Source: Bugula neritina (taxonomy: Eukaryota > Animalia > Bryozoa). From it: a stretch of DNA of 64,000 bases. Shown here piece after piece: positions 63,456-64,000 of this stretch. Below the pieces are notes generated by a model. The model worked only from the letters and a program-made list of their open reading frames with translations. It ran no database searches and was not told the DNA's origin. Location of the stretch: NCBI GenBank assembly GCA_964035545.1, contig OZ037765.1, positions 186,001 to 250,000 of the forward strand. Direction: 5' to 3'. Position 1 is the first letter of the stretch, and every line of letters starts with the position of its first letter. The translations under genes and the position numbers were made by a program.

Positions 63456-64000
63456 TTTAATTCTAGTGATTTCCTTGTGAAAACATCTGAAAAAAAGTGG
63501 GCTATATGGACGAAAACAAGCAAAGGAATGGGTTTTCTAGTTATAAGGCAAACATTATTATTGATCAGCTATAAAAAAGCCGAATTATAAGTAAAGCTGT
63601 GTCTGATAATGATTTTCTTCACAATTTTTATTATAATAACTATTTTTACAAAAAAGTAATGAGAAGCATGGGTAGGTTGGTCTGGACTCCGGAAAATAAT
63701 ATTTTAAATGTGTATGATTGAGCTTTGCCAATAAATTTAAGCTGAACTATATATAAATAAACAATTTGGTTTTTAAAACAATGCTATTGGTTAAAATGCA
63801 TATTTTTATACTATCTTGATATAATGACTCTAGAGTCAATTTAGCTCACTTATAGTTACAGAAGAAATACCCTAAAGCTTCCCTATAATTTAAAATATAT
63901 GTGATTATATTTAGGCCACCCATTAGAAAAATGACCTTGAGCTGCTTTATTCAAAGATCATAGGCATATGTACTTTTTTTCATGTGTGCCATTTGTCACA

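Overview
AT-rich animal genomic DNA with spliced genes; the gene content suggests a lophotrochozoan invertebrate (inference only). I assembled these genes by hand from GT-AG exons: NAA50 (+), a divergent non-alpha Cys-loop/nAChR-type subunit (-), a LIN-24/ETX-MTX2 aerolysin-like pore-forming protein (-) with tandemly duplicated exons 1-2, two 3-Ig GPI-anchored paralogs (-), a PX-SH3-SH3 p47phox/Tks-type organizer (-), an unknown gene (+) that probably runs off the window, and a possible partial gene at the left edge. Three TIR elements have visible TSDs: a 4.5-kb element (9-bp TSD) carrying a decayed, intron-containing ubiquitin-specific protease gene; a Harbinger-type MITE; and an internally deleted Academ. 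The most striking pattern is that a large share of host-gene introns are filled by their own private 13-43 bp minisatellite. These arrays usually start at, and often contain copies of, the adjacent splice site, giving ladders of decoy donors or acceptors; several units also carry AP-1, CCAAT, GATA or E-box motifs. Most long ORFs in the supplied track are artefacts of these arrays. All exon coordinates are manual and unverified by transcript data.
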